A DNA stretch of 64,000 nt from Patescibacteria group bacterium (GCA_041660605.1 JBAZWB010000001.1:73295-137294), one strand, 5' to 3'. Positions 20,987 to 31,509 are shown, counted from the stretch's first letter. The notes: generated by a model from the letters alone, not told the origin. Made by a program: numbers and translations.

Positions 20987-23900
20987 ATGAAAAATTATAA
21001 AAGAATCCTAACACTGGGAGGTTTTTTTATTGCAGTCATCGGTATATTAACATTATTACCAAAACCAGCCTTAGCTCAAAACGTAACTATGACTGGTGTA
21101 ATATTAAAGCCGGATCTGATAACACCAGTAACGAGCGGACAAATCGCCATCCATAATGCCAGCTGGAGCTATACAAATTGGTCGGCCACGGATACTGATG
21201 GCAGTTTTGATTTTTATGACGTTCCGGCCGGCAGCTATACAGTTGATGTTTATGCTTATGATAGTACTTATGAAGATCCCGAGCCGTTTGATTTTTACTA
21301 TAATGGCTCAGGGATATACGATTTTGGCACTATTTTACTCCAGGAACCTTCAGTACAAATCACCCTGAAGAAATCAGACAATACGACACCAGTTACCAAT
21401 TATCAGGTTTGCCTCCATGACGCAAGCTATGCTTTTTATAATTGCCGGCTGACCAATGACAGCGGGGTCGCCTCTTTTGGCATCAGCACCTACGGGACTT
21501 ACACGGCGGAAATGTGGGATAAATATGAAGGCGAGTCGCCTCCAAATTCTTTTACTTTGACTTACAGCGGCACCCAGGTGGCAGTGGCTAAAGTTTTTAA
21601 GGCAGCCAATGTAACCGGTACTTTAAAAAAACCGGACGGTACGGCCTGTACCAGCACTGAATGCTCCATCAGTTTTTTTGACAGCAGCTGGGCGCACTAT
21701 TATTATGCCAGCCCTGACGTAAACGGTTTATTCAGCTTAAATATTGATTATACTGCCACCTACAAATACCGCGTCGATTACTGGGGGCAGGATGCTTATT
21801 CAGCTCCTGAAGAGACGAGTGTAGCCATCAATGGCGGCGCAAACAATAATTTAGGAGATATTTCCCTGCTGACGCCGAATATCACCGGAAAATTAGTTGA
21901 CTCCGAAGGCAATGGCATCCCTAATGTCTCGGTTACTTTCCACTCCGCAAACTGGATGTATAATCGCAATGATACCACGGGGGCTGACGGCACCTTCGGT
22001 TTTTCTTTGAGTACTAATGGGACATATTATGTAGATTTCTGGGTTGATTCATGGACCTATCCTGATTATGCTGCGCCAGCCACTCAAACTGTCACTTATG
22101 CCGGTGCGGCCGTTGGTTTAGGCAACATCGAAATAGGAATACCCGCCATGAAAATAAAAGTTGTTGATAGTTCAGGCAATCCTCAGATAAGCGCCAATGT
22201 TGATGTGCATGATCCCAGCTGGAGCATGAATGGCAGTTATTGGGGTTCAACAAATGATAGCGGTGTAGGCGTAGTCAATAAAAGCTTAGCTACCGGCACC
22301 TATTTAGTCAGGGTCAGCCCGCCTTGGAGTGCGCAGGGGCTCTTACCTTCTGAAGAAATTCAGGTTGATCTGACTGCCGGGGTAACCAATACTTATTATG
22401 TAACGCATCCGATAGTCCTCAATGCCGCCGTAAAAACTGTCAGCGGTACAGTCAAATATCCTGACGGAACACCGGTGACCGACGCTTCAATCGATACCTG
22501 GGCCATGGGCGGCAATTATGGAGGCTTCGCTCACACGCAGACGGATACTGACGGAAATTATACATTATTAGTCGGCCAAGGACAGTACCAGGTAAATATT
22601 TGGCCGGCCTGGACAGGAACTTCTGCTCCAGACTGGGGGTCGCCTGGGCCGCAATCGGTAGAATTTAACGAAGCTAATGATGTTGCCGAATCGCAGGATT
22701 TGGATTTTACCGTGGCAAAGTTTAATGCCACCATTACCGGAACAATAGTCAAACCGGACGGCACTGAACCGGGCGCCGCAATAAACTTAAGCGTTAATGC
22801 CTGGGAAAAGGGCGGCTATATGGGTAATAATGTCCAGGCAGAGAGCGACGGCAGTTTCTCAATTAAAATTGCGGGCGGGCATACTTATGATGTCAATATT
22901 TGGGCCTGGAATAATGGTATGGGCGGCACGGAATACGGCGGACCATCGATTAATCCGGTTAAAGTCGGCGACCAGGCGACTGTTGATCTTGGGACTGTTT
23001 ACCTGGTAGAAAAAACTGCCACCATCACCGGCAAAGTAACCGATACCAATGGGCAGGCGCTGGCTAACCAAAGCGTAAATGCCTGGTCGATAAATTCCAC
23101 CGGCTGGGGCGATACCATGACTGACGAAGAAGGCAATTATTCCATGGCAATTTTTCCTGGTACTTATATGGTCAATGCCAGCGAGGGAGGCGCTAGTACT
23201 GCTGCGGGCGGTGCAAGCGATGAGGGCGGTGCCAGTTATGTAGCCATTGAACCGCCTCAACAGGTGACGACTCTCGCCAACGCTACTACGCCAAATATAA
23301 ATTTCCAGCTGGGCATTGCTGATGCGACAATCAAAGGGCATCTGGAAGACGCTGACGGTAATTTAATTTCGGGCGTTTGGGGCTGGGTCAATGCATCAAA
23401 TTCTCTTGATCAGTTTACGCAGGGAGATATGTGGTTTGGCGGCACGCTGGGCGGACCGCTGAATGGCGGGCAGTTTGAAATGAATGTACCGGCCGGCAAA
23501 TATACATTGAGCGTATTTATGGATTGGAATGCGGAATATACGCAGGAAGCGGATGTTACGGTAGAAATTGGTTCAGGCGAGACCACAGATGACGTGGTAA
23601 TCACTATGCTTCCGAATACTGCAGTTATTGAAGGCAGATTCGTTGATTCAGAAGGAAACCCTGTTAATAATGTTTGGGGCGAGGTTTATGCCAAGCGGCC
23701 AGAGGGCGGCTCGGCTTTTGCCCAAATTATGCCAGATGGGTCTTACAGTCTGGGAGTATCAGCCGGTACCTGGAATTTAAATTATCGGGTAGATCCTAAT
23801 ATGGGCTCTGCGTATTTACCGACCAGTCTGGAGGAGACAAGCGTTTCGGTGGCTGAGGATGAGACGATAAATCTAGACTTTACCCTGCTGGAAGTTGATT

Positions 23901-26524
23901 CAGTCATTTCCGGCGCAGTGCAGGATGAAGACGGTCAGGCAATAGAGGGCGCGCATGTTTTCGCTTCACTGGATTATGCCGGCTACGAAAGAGATGCTAC
24001 CTACGATTATTACGGCTTTAACTCGATGGAAGCGATTTCAGCGGCTGATGGGACTTACACCATTAATGTGCCAGAAGGAGAATATTATCTGAGCGCCTCT
24101 CTACCACCATCTCTCGGCTATATTTTTACCGGCGCGCAGCTGGTTTACACTTCGCCTGATGATCCGGCTGAGAATTCGGCCATAGTTTTCAATACCGCAG
24201 ATTCCCAGATCACCGGTGAAGTAACGCTGGATGGCGAGGGCAGCGAGGCTTTTGTTTATGCCTATACCGATACCGGAGGATATTCCGAAACTACTACCAG
24301 CGACGGTTCATACACCCTGCCTGTAACCAGCGGTGCGACCTGGTCAGTCGGGGCGGTGCATGAGTCCGGGGTCTCCTATTATTTGTCAGATCAGGCAGAA
24401 GTAGCAGTGGCTGACGAAAACGGCGCCGAACAAGACTTAGTTCTGGTTTATCAGGGGGAAATGCCGGATCCGCTTAGCGTAAACTTTGACGCTACGGTTG
24501 CCAAAACTATCACCTTATCAGACGGCTTTAAGCTGGAAATACCAGCCAGAGCTTTGGCTACAGAGGGAAATGTAACGGTTACAGTTGAGCCGACCGCCGA
24601 AGTGCCATATCAGGCAGGAGCCCAACCATTGGCCGGATACGGGTATAACCTTGAAGCCAGAGACAGCCAGGGTTCATTAATTTCTACATTTAATTCTGAG
24701 GTTACGCTGACACTGCCATACGATGAGGAAGTGGTAGGCGAGATAGGTTTGCTGGAAACTGATTTGAGCGGTGAATATTACAATACTACTTCAGGTGTGT
24801 GGCAGGAATCGAATTCGTATATGATTGATAAAGAAAATAATACTATCACTCTGACTACTGACCACTTCAGCGCATATAGCACAACTGCCCCTGGAAAATC
24901 ACGAATTGCGGCAGATGATAATGGTGATGGTTTGACCGTAAATATCAGTTCTCCTGCCGACAATGCAGTAGTGGGGGTTGATTCTGTTCTGGTCAGCGGT
25001 ACGGTTTCAGATGCCAGCGCGGCTGTAACCATCAGGCTTAATGGCGTCAGTGCCGGTGATGTTGAGGTTGATGCCGCAGGCGCCTTTTCCATGAGCATCT
25101 CCGGCCTGCAGGATGGCGCCAATACCGTCATTGTTAATGCTGTCCTTGGTTTGAGCAGCGCTTCCGTCAGGAGAACGGTTGTTTACACGGGTTTCGGCGA
25201 TGCAACTATAGATTCAGTAACTAATATTCCTTATGACATCATGGTCATGACTGACCAGAATTCCTCGCCGCAAATCAGGGTGTTCAATCCGGACGGGACG
25301 CTGGTTTCCCAGTTTTTTGCTTATTCCCAGAGCTATCGGGGAGAATTCAGGGCAATTACCGCGGACATTGACGGTGATGGCGAAATGGAAATAATCGTCT
25401 ATCCTTACGGCGACGGGTATGGTCCGCAGGTCAGGATTTTTGAGAAGGACGGAACGTTTGTCGCCCAGAAAATGATTTTTGATGAGGGTTTCCGCCGGGG
25501 CATTGAAGTGGTAGATAATGTTGACCTTGACCAGGACGGTCAGCAGGATTTTGTAGTGGTGCCGCGGGGCGAGAGTGGACCGAATTTAAGGGCTTATAAG
25601 TACAATATCCATACCAAAGATATTGAGCTATTGGCATGGACAATGGTTTACGATGAATCATACAGAGGGGAGATAAACCTGGCCACCGCGGATGTGACCG
25701 GCGATGGCATTACTGATATTATCGTTTCTCCGGATAAAGGCGGGCCGAACGTCCGAGTGTACCATTATAATTCAAACACTCAGACGCTTGAGCTTGACGG
25801 ATGGTTTATGGCGTATCAGGAAACTTTCCGTGGCGGCGTAATGGTGGAAATCGGCGACGTTAACGGTGATGGCTTAAAAGATATAATCACCTATCCTCAG
25901 GAAAATGGCGGAGCGAATATCCGCGCTTATACTTATAATTCAGCAATTTCAGGCTTTGAATTAATTGACTGGATCATGCCGTACGAAAATTCATATCGAG
26001 GCTCATTATCAGTGAAAGTGTATGATCTGGACAAAGACGGTCAGGCGGAAATAATAACCGCGCCAGCCACCAATGGCGGACCGAACCTGCGCGTGTACAG
26101 TTATAATAGCGCTACCGCTAAGTTTGAGCTGAAGGATTGGGAGATGGTTTATGACAGCAAGTTCCGCGGCGGCATTGGATTAACGATTTCCAATCTCGAC
26201 AGCGATGCCTTCCGTGAAGTAGTAGTTTATCCGCTGGAGAACGGCGGTCCGAATGTCCGCGTGTATGAATATGACGCTCAGGGGCAGTTAAATCTGCTGG
26301 ACTGGACATTCGCCTATGCGGAGAATTACCGCGGCAAGATTTCAGTCAGCGTGGCTGATCTTGACGGCAATGGCGCGTCATCGCTGATTGTTTCGCCTTT
26401 AAGCGGCGGCGGTCCGAACCTGCGCATTTATGACGTGACTGACGGCCAGCTGACTCTGACAAACTGGTTTATGGCCTACGGCCAGTCATTCCGCGGCGGT
26501 GTGCTGACAAAATTCATTAATTAG
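20987..26524 (+). CDS. Giant secreted/surface protein (1845 aa): signal peptide, about 12 carboxypeptidase-regulatory/transthyretin-like beta-sandwich repeats, and a C-terminal 8-blade FG-GAP/VCBS-type beta-propeller
   Basis: MKNYKRILTLGGFFIAVIGILTLLPKPALA signal peptide. Repeated G(T/K)(V/I)xxxDGTP modules. Eight repeats of DxDxDGxxEIIvxP...GGPNxRVYxYN...L...DWxMxY..SYRGGI. Confidence 0.85.
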   Translation: MKNYKRILTLGGFFIAVIGILTLLPKPALAQNVTMTGVILKPDLITPVTSGQIAIHNASWSYTNWSATDTDGSFDFYDVPAGSYTVDVYAYDSTYEDPEPFDFYYNGSGIYDFGTILLQEPSVQITLKKSDNTTPVTNYQVCLHDASYAFYNCRLTNDSGVASFGISTYGTYTAEMWDKYEGESPPNSFTLTYSGTQVAVAKVFKAANVTGTLKKPDGTACTSTECSISFFDSSWAHYYYASPDVNGLFSLNIDYTATYKYRVDYWGQDAYSAPEETSVAINGGANNNLGDISLLTPNITGKLVDSEGNGIPNVSVTFHSANWMYNRNDTTGADGTFGFSLSTNGTYYVDFWVDSWTYPDYAAPATQTVTYAGAAVGLGNIEIGIPAMKIKVVDSSGNPQISANVDVHDPSWSMNGSYWGSTNDSGVGVVNKSLATGTYLVRVSPPWSAQGLLPSEEIQVDLTAGVTNTYYVTHPIVLNAAVKTVSGTVKYPDGTPVTDASIDTWAMGGNYGGFAHTQTDTDGNYTLLVGQGQYQVNIWPAWTGTSAPDWGSPGPQSVEFNEANDVAESQDLDFTVAKFNATITGTIVKPDGTEPGAAINLSVNAWEKGGYMGNNVQAESDGSFSIKIAGGHTYDVNIWAWNNGMGGTEYGGPSINPVKVGDQATVDLGTVYLVEKTATITGKVTDTNGQALANQSVNAWSINSTGWGDTMTDEEGNYSMAIFPGTYMVNASEGGASTAAGGASDEGGASYVAIEPPQQVTTLANATTPNINFQLGIADATIKGHLEDADGNLISGVWGWVNASNSLDQFTQGDMWFGGTLGGPLNGGQFEMNVPAGKYTLSVFMDWNAEYTQEADVTVEIGSGETTDDVVITMLPNTAVIEGRFVDSEGNPVNNVWGEVYAKRPEGGSAFAQIMPDGSYSLGVSAGTWNLNYRVDPNMGSAYLPTSLEETSVSVAEDETINLDFTLLEVDSVISGAVQDEDGQAIEGAHVFASLDYAGYERDATYDYYGFNSMEAISAADGTYTINVPEGEYYLSASLPPSLGYIFTGAQLVYTSPDDPAENSAIVFNTADSQITGEVTLDGEGSEAFVYAYTDTGGYSETTTSDGSYTLPVTSGATWSVGAVHESGVSYYLSDQAEVAVADENGAEQDLVLVYQGEMPDPLSVNFDATVAKTITLSDGFKLEIPARALATEGNVTVTVEPTAEVPYQAGAQPLAGYGYNLEARDSQGSLISTFNSEVTLTLPYDEEVVGEIGLLETDLSGEYYNTTSGVWQESNSYMIDKENNTITLTTDHFSAYSTTAPGKSRIAADDNGDGLTVNISSPADNAVVGVDSVLVSGTVSDASAAVTIRLNGVSAGDVEVDAAGAFSMSISGLQDGANTVIVNAVLGLSSASVRRTVVYTGFGDATIDSVTNIPYDIMVMTDQNSSPQIRVFNPDGTLVSQFFAYSQSYRGEFRAITADIDGDGEMEIIVYPYGDGYGPQVRIFEKDGTFVAQKMIFDEGFRRGIEVVDNVDLDQDGQQDFVVVPRGESGPNLRAYKYNIHTKDIELLAWTMVYDESYRGEINLATADVTGDGITDIIVSPDKGGPNVRVYHYNSNTQTLELDGWFMAYQETFRGGVMVEIGDVNGDGLKDIITYPQENGGANIRAYTYNSAISGFELIDWIMPYENSYRGSLSVKVYDLDKDGQAEIITAPATNGGPNLRVYSYNSATAKFELKDWEMVYDSKFRGGIGLTISNLDSDAFREVVVYPLENGGPNVRVYEYDAQGQLNLLDWTFAYAENYRGKISVSVADLDGNGASSLIVSPLSGGGPNLRIYDVTDGQLTLTNWFMAYGQSFRGGVLTKFIN

Positions 26525-26552
26525 GTAAAACAAATAAATCAAAATTACTTTA

Positions 26553-26584
26553 GCCCCCTCCCAATTAGGGAGGGGGTTTTGTTT
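26553..26584 (+). terminator. Strong rho-independent terminator
   Basis: CCCCCTCCC-aatt-AGGGAGGGGG followed by TTTTGTTT. Confidence 0.75.
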
Positions 26585-26638
26585 ATTGAAGTTGATTTTT
26601 GCCTGTATTGTGCTAAGATTGTTTAATAAAAATGATCT

Positions 26639-27799
26639 TTGATATTTTCAGGAAAGGATGTGAAAGTGAACAATATTAAGATCGCTGTGGATGTCTATGG
26701 TGATCGCGAGATTGGAGTTGAACCTGCCATTAATGGTTCTTTATGTGCGCTGGAAACAATGCCTGATATTGAGCTGGTTTTAGTGGGCCGAGAAGCCGAC
26801 ATATTGAAAATTCTAGAAAGCAGAGCCTTAGCTCGCAGATACGGGAGGTTAAAAAGCAGAGTTAAGGTTGTGCATGCCGGGCAAATTGTCCCCATGGAAA
26901 GTAAGGCGGATAAGTCATTCGTTGATTTTCCGGATTCATCTATTGCCGTAGGCATGGAATTATTGAGGAACGGTGAGGCGTCGGCTTTTGTCAGCCCCGG
27001 CAATACTGGAGCAGTATCATATACTGCTTTTCGAAATCTGGGGCGAATCGCTAACCTCAAAGGACTAAGGCCTGGCATTTGCGTGGCCTTACCGGAGCTC
27101 AACGGCCGTAGCAGCATTTTGCTAGATATCGGCGCTACTGTTGATGCCGATTATCGCGCATTGTATTGGTTTGCAGTGATGGGGCGGGCTTATTACCAAG
27201 CTCTTTTCGGAAATTTCGAGCCGCGTGTAGCGCTGATTAATATCGGAGCTGAAGCGGAGAAGGGCAATGCCGCAACCATTGAAGCTTATCAGCGATTAAA
27301 GGGAAGCAGCTTGAAATTTACGGGCAATATTGAGGGCAGAGAAGTGCTCATCAATAAAGCGGAAGTGCTGGTGTGCGACGGTTTTGTCGGAAATATCATA
27401 GCCAAGTTAGGTGGGGGCTTCTGGAATGTTTTCGTAAAGATTTTCCGCGGATCGATTGGCAAGTGGATCGCTGGAACCCTTATGATCCCATTATTTCTGT
27501 ACTCTTCTGTCCGCCTGGCTATACTGAATCCCTGGGAGGGATTGCCGGTCTTAGCATTGATCCTGACTATTGGTTTTTTAGTTGTTTACAAGGGTTTCCG
27601 TTTTGCCAAGAGGTTTTTTCACTCCTCAAAGTATGGCGGCGCTCAGCTGCTGGGCGTAGATGGTACTATAATCATTTGCCATGGCAGCGCTTCAAAAACA
27701 GCTATCCTAAACGCGATCAAAAAAGCAAAACAGTCAGTTCAGCTGGATGTGATAGGTGCAATCAGCCGAGAGCTAAGTGAGCACCATGCTCAGTTCTAA
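26639..27799 (+). CDS. plsX: Phosphate acyltransferase PlsX (with an unusual hydrophobic insertion)
   Basis: KIAVDVYGD, SPGNTGA, FTGNIEGREV, VCDGFVGNI and GGAQLLGVDGTIIICHGSASK motifs. The likely real start is the GTG at 26666. A 45-aa hydrophobic segment is inserted before the C-terminal block. Confidence 0.8.
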   Translation: MIFSGKDVKVNNIKIAVDVYGDREIGVEPAINGSLCALETMPDIELVLVGREADILKILESRALARRYGRLKSRVKVVHAGQIVPMESKADKSFVDFPDSSIAVGMELLRNGEASAFVSPGNTGAVSYTAFRNLGRIANLKGLRPGICVALPELNGRSSILLDIGATVDADYRALYWFAVMGRAYYQALFGNFEPRVALINIGAEAEKGNAATIEAYQRLKGSSLKFTGNIEGREVLINKAEVLVCDGFVGNIIAKLGGGFWNVFVKIFRGSIGKWIAGTLMIPLFLYSSVRLAILNPWEGLPVLALILTIGFLVVYKGFRFAKRFFHSSKYGGAQLLGVDGTIIICHGSASKTAILNAIKKAKQSVQLDVIGAISRELSEHHAQF

Positions 27800-27841
27800 G
27801 TATGCCCGCGCTATCAGAAATGGTAGCCGGGCCTTTTTATT

Positions 27842-28630
27842 TTATATGCTATGCAGCTCCGGCTTTATTTTTTGCCCCAGCCATTTATTGGCTAGCTCGG
27901 ACAGGTGAGGCGCCACATCGCTGAAATAAAACTGGTGTTCCATGCCTTTCTTCAGCGTTTTTTCCAGCTCCGGCTTAGTTTTCAGATAATGGGAAATTTC
28001 TTTGACCACCTCTTCAGCCGGATCAACCAGGCGGGTTCGTTTGCCGATTTTTTCCTGAATAATTTTCTTCAATAACGGGTAATGTGTACAGCCAAGTATC
28101 AGCGTATCAATCTGCTGCATTTTTAGGGAGTAAAGATATTTTTTTGCCACTAACTTGGTTACTGGCTTATCAATCCAGCCTTCTTCTGCCAGAGGCACAA
28201 ACAGCGGGCAGGCCTGGCTCAAGATCTTAAAGCCGTTTTTATATTCCTTGATTTTATTTTCATAAATACTGCTGGCCACCGTGGCGCGTGTCCCGATCAC
28301 GCCAATACGCTTATTTTTCGTAATAGCCACCGCTTGTTTCACGGCGGGGGTGATCACCTCAAAAATTGGAGCATACGGGTAATCCTCTTTTAATTTATCC
28401 GCGGCTACGGCTGAAGCGGTGTTACAGGCCACCACGATTATTTTCGCGCCTTTATGCAGCAGGAAATCGATGTCTTCATGGGCGTATCTGGCGATTGTTT
28501 CGGGGCTTTTATTGCCGTATGGCGTCCGGGCGGTGTCGCCAAAATAAACCAGCTGATAGCCGGGGAGTTGTCTCAAAATTTCTTTGGCGACGGTCAGGCC
28601 GCCGATGCCTGAATCAAAAATGCCGATCAT
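27842..28630 (-). CDS. murI: Glutamate racemase
   Basis: IGIFDSGIGGLTV and VVACNTAS motifs, 262 aa. Confidence 0.9.
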   Translation of the reverse strand: MIGIFDSGIGGLTVAKEILRQLPGYQLVYFGDTARTPYGNKSPETIARYAHEDIDFLLHKGAKIIVVACNTASAVAADKLKEDYPYAPIFEVITPAVKQAVAITKNKRIGVIGTRATVASSIYENKIKEYKNGFKILSQACPLFVPLAEEGWIDKPVTKLVAKKYLYSLKMQQIDTLILGCTHYPLLKKIIQEKIGKRTRLVDPAEEVVKEISHYLKTKPELEKTLKKGMEHQFYFSDVAPHLSELANKWLGQKIKPELHSI

Positions 28631-29292
28631 AGGTTTTTAATTTTATCGATGGTGATTTGGCTAAGTTTATTGACGATCAGACTAGCAGTTTTCGTATATT
28701 TTTTTTCGGTATGCGGCTGCTTAAGCGCGATGCATTTCATGCCGGCGCGAGAGGCGGCCCGAATGCCGCTGATTGAATCTTCAACCACGGCAATGTCGCG
28801 TGGCTGGGTTTTCAGGAGCTTGGCGCCTTTCAGGAAAATTTCCGGATGAGGTTTACCTTTTCTGACATTATCGCCGGAAACCACTCCGGCGAAATACTTG
28901 TGCAGCCTGAAGCGGTTAAGTGTGTAGTTTATCACCCGGCGCGGGCTGGAGGAGGCGAGCAGCAGCGGGTATTTACCCTTATTCAGCGTTTTGATTAATT
29001 TCAGGGCGCCTGGATTTAGTTTTAAATGACGATCAAAAAGCTTTAACACCATTTTTATTAAGCCATCAGTGATTTGTTTATGTGAATTCTTAACGTGAAG
29101 TTTTTTCTGGAAAATTCCGGCAATATCATTTAATTTTCGGCCGCTAAGATACTGGCTGGCGAACCTGCCAAAGGCTTTCCCCTGCGGCAGCTTTATCCCG
29201 ATGGAGCGGAAATATTTTTCCGCCGCCTTTCTCCATAGACCTTCCGAGTCTATGAGCACGCCGTCCAGATCAAAAATTATCGCTTTTATCAT
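28627..29292 (-). CDS. HAD-superfamily hydrolase (beta-phosphoglucomutase/phosphatase-like)
   Basis: Motif I IIFDLDGVLID. 4-bp overlap with murI. Confidence 0.8.
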   Translation of the reverse strand: MIKAIIFDLDGVLIDSEGLWRKAAEKYFRSIGIKLPQGKAFGRFASQYLSGRKLNDIAGIFQKKLHVKNSHKQITDGLIKMVLKLFDRHLKLNPGALKLIKTLNKGKYPLLLASSSPRRVINYTLNRFRLHKYFAGVVSGDNVRKGKPHPEIFLKGAKLLKTQPRDIAVVEDSISGIRAASRAGMKCIALKQPHTEKKYTKTASLIVNKLSQITIDKIKNL

Positions 29293-29295
29293 GAT

Positions 29296-31509
29296 TTACA
29301 GCCCTTTGTATAAATATTCCTCGTAATTTTTTTTCTGCCGGTCATATATCCCATTATAGAGTTCCAGGGGGATTAATTTATCATACAATGGAGTTTTCTG
29401 GCCGGAATAATTGACCATGACATCCAGGTACTTTTTAATGCACAGGCGGTCGTTCCCATTACTATAGCCCCGTAGTTTGGCGTCGGTACCGGAGCGGCGG
29501 ATTTGCACAAACATGTTATTAAATGAGAAATAAGTGGCGTCTAGAGTTAATAAAATATCCTGCAGTCCGGAAAAATCAAGCTCCGGCATGGATTCCGTGA
29601 GAATATTCTTCGCCTGCTCCAGGGTAATTAGTTTGTCTTTCAGCGCCAACGCCAGTCCCAGGCAGTATTGGTCAATGGCGTCTCTTTTTAGTTCGCCCTC
29701 TTTCTTTTCCTGCAGCAGCTTGTCGGGGTTGGGCTCGCTTTCATTATAATAAGTGATGTCAGCGCGGTCATAGTACCGGAATTTTATATTGCTTTCCTCA
29801 AAAATTTCCTGCAGGTATTCAGCCATTGATTTTTTATTGAGATATAAATGCGCGGCTAAAGCAGTGGCAATGATCGAGCCTTCACCGGCGCTTTTTTCGC
29901 GCATCGCCAGCGCTTTACGGCCCTGTTGGCTGGTGATGGGGTTTTCCGGGCCGATAATCATACCGCCGCTTTCTTCTCCGGCAAAGGCAATGCGCGGGTC
30001 AACGCCGAGATTAACGCCGTTATGCCAGACATCATCCATCAGCACTTCCTTTTGCGGATCAGCGAACAGTTTTTTCTCCACCTTTTTCATGATAGTGGCG
30101 ATTTCCTTGAAGCCGACCGGTGTGGTCAGTATTTTAACTCCGTTGGCCGCCGCCCATTCGTCCCAGGCGCGCGAAGAAGGGGTAGTGGTAATCATAAATC
30201 TCGGATGGTCGTTCCAATGCCCGGCTTTTTTCAGCTGCTTCATGTTGAAATCCATGATCATCAGGAAGGTAAAGGTTGGGTGGTAGATAGAGACGATTTT
30301 TTCCTCGTCGATTTTAATATAATTAATGCCCAGATCCTGCATTATTTTAGCGTTGGTTGCCGGCTCAACCTGGCCGATCACCAGGCGGTCGCCGTCAGGG
30401 TCGGTAATCAGCACCACGTAGCCGATGGGCTTGTCTTTCAGATAGTGCTCATAGTACATTGTTTCGATCACTTCCATCAGGCAGGCGTCGCAGGAGAGGT
30501 CAAAAAATTCTTCCTTATTCGTTTTAGGATTAATTTTCCAGGTCTTGCCGATGCCGTGGAAATACGGGTCTTCTTCGGGGTTATTCCATTCAAATGGCTC
30601 CAAAATATCAAACTTTTTCAGTAATGGCAGCATCGTATAGTTCATGCACCCACCGACTGTTTCAAACATCAATCTCATGCCCTGGCCAGCCGCTTTTTTT
30701 ATCAGACTGATATTTTCATCGGTGGCCACGCCATCTTGCAGATATTTTTTATATAAATCATAGCCGTCAAAGTCCTGTACGATATTTTTATCGTCTTTCG
30801 GTGCCAAGGTGACGCTATAGCCTTCCGGCGATTCCTTGGCTTTTTTGATGATTTCCTCAATTTTGGCGATAAAAGCCAGGGACATTTCCGGCAGGAATTG
30901 GCTGCCCTGATCATCCAGATCTTTGGTGGCGATTTTGCTGCTCATGGCGTGGCTGGAGGTGACATATTCTCCGCCATCATAGTCCAGCATAAAAATTACG
31001 AAAGAGACCAGCCATACCGCAGTGGTGCCGTTGTTCGGCACTTGGTGGGTGACAACGCCCTGGGCTGCATGGATGCGGGAAATCAGCTCAATGTATTTTT
31101 TTGTATTATAGCGGACTTCGCCGGAGACAACTTTGTTTATGGTGCGGTTTTTTATTTGTTCTTTCAATACCAGGCTTTTTCCTAATGTTGCCAGCACCAC
31201 GCCGATCTGGTTCAGCGGAAAGCGCGGATCCCATGGATATAAAATATTTTGCGGCCCACGTATGCCGCCGGTAGAATGTTCCGCCTCTTTTTTATAATTT
31301 GCCAGCCAGCCCTCGAGATTCCATTTTTCTACCAGCTCTTTAGTCAAAGTCAAAGTTATCGGTCCGGCATTTTCCAGGTCAAAAACCGGCGTATTTTTAT
31401 AATCAGATGGCGTCGCGTTTTCAATCCCCTGATAATATCGAGCATGCAAATCTTCAAGGTATTTATCGCGCTCCCCAGGATTTTTAAACGTTTTTTTTAG
31501 TTTTGTCAT
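29296..31509 (-). CDS. Alpha-D-phosphohexomutase (phosphoglucomutase/phosphomannomutase) family protein, extended 737-aa form
   Basis: STGGIRG, TSSHAMS (active-site Ser loop), DPDGDR (metal loop), GEESGG (sugar loop) and RRSGTDAKLR (phosphate loop), in the right order. Confidence 0.75.
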   Translation of the reverse strand: MTKLKKTFKNPGERDKYLEDLHARYYQGIENATPSDYKNTPVFDLENAGPITLTLTKELVEKWNLEGWLANYKKEAEHSTGGIRGPQNILYPWDPRFPLNQIGVVLATLGKSLVLKEQIKNRTINKVVSGEVRYNTKKYIELISRIHAAQGVVTHQVPNNGTTAVWLVSFVIFMLDYDGGEYVTSSHAMSSKIATKDLDDQGSQFLPEMSLAFIAKIEEIIKKAKESPEGYSVTLAPKDDKNIVQDFDGYDLYKKYLQDGVATDENISLIKKAAGQGMRLMFETVGGCMNYTMLPLLKKFDILEPFEWNNPEEDPYFHGIGKTWKINPKTNKEEFFDLSCDACLMEVIETMYYEHYLKDKPIGYVVLITDPDGDRLVIGQVEPATNAKIMQDLGINYIKIDEEKIVSIYHPTFTFLMIMDFNMKQLKKAGHWNDHPRFMITTTPSSRAWDEWAAANGVKILTTPVGFKEIATIMKKVEKKLFADPQKEVLMDDVWHNGVNLGVDPRIAFAGEESGGMIIGPENPITSQQGRKALAMREKSAGEGSIIATALAAHLYLNKKSMAEYLQEIFEESNIKFRYYDRADITYYNESEPNPDKLLQEKKEGELKRDAIDQYCLGLALALKDKLITLEQAKNILTESMPELDFSGLQDILLTLDATYFSFNNMFVQIRRSGTDAKLRGYSNGNDRLCIKKYLDVMVNYSGQKTPLYDKLIPLELYNGIYDRQKKNYEEYLYKGL

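Noticed and set aside
29926-30624. 232-aa plus-strand ORF inside the phosphohexomutase gene, and similar ORFs at 29534..29749 and 29789..30286
   Set aside because: They are antisense to a gene in which all family motifs are in order. Their composition is unremarkable and they have no start context.
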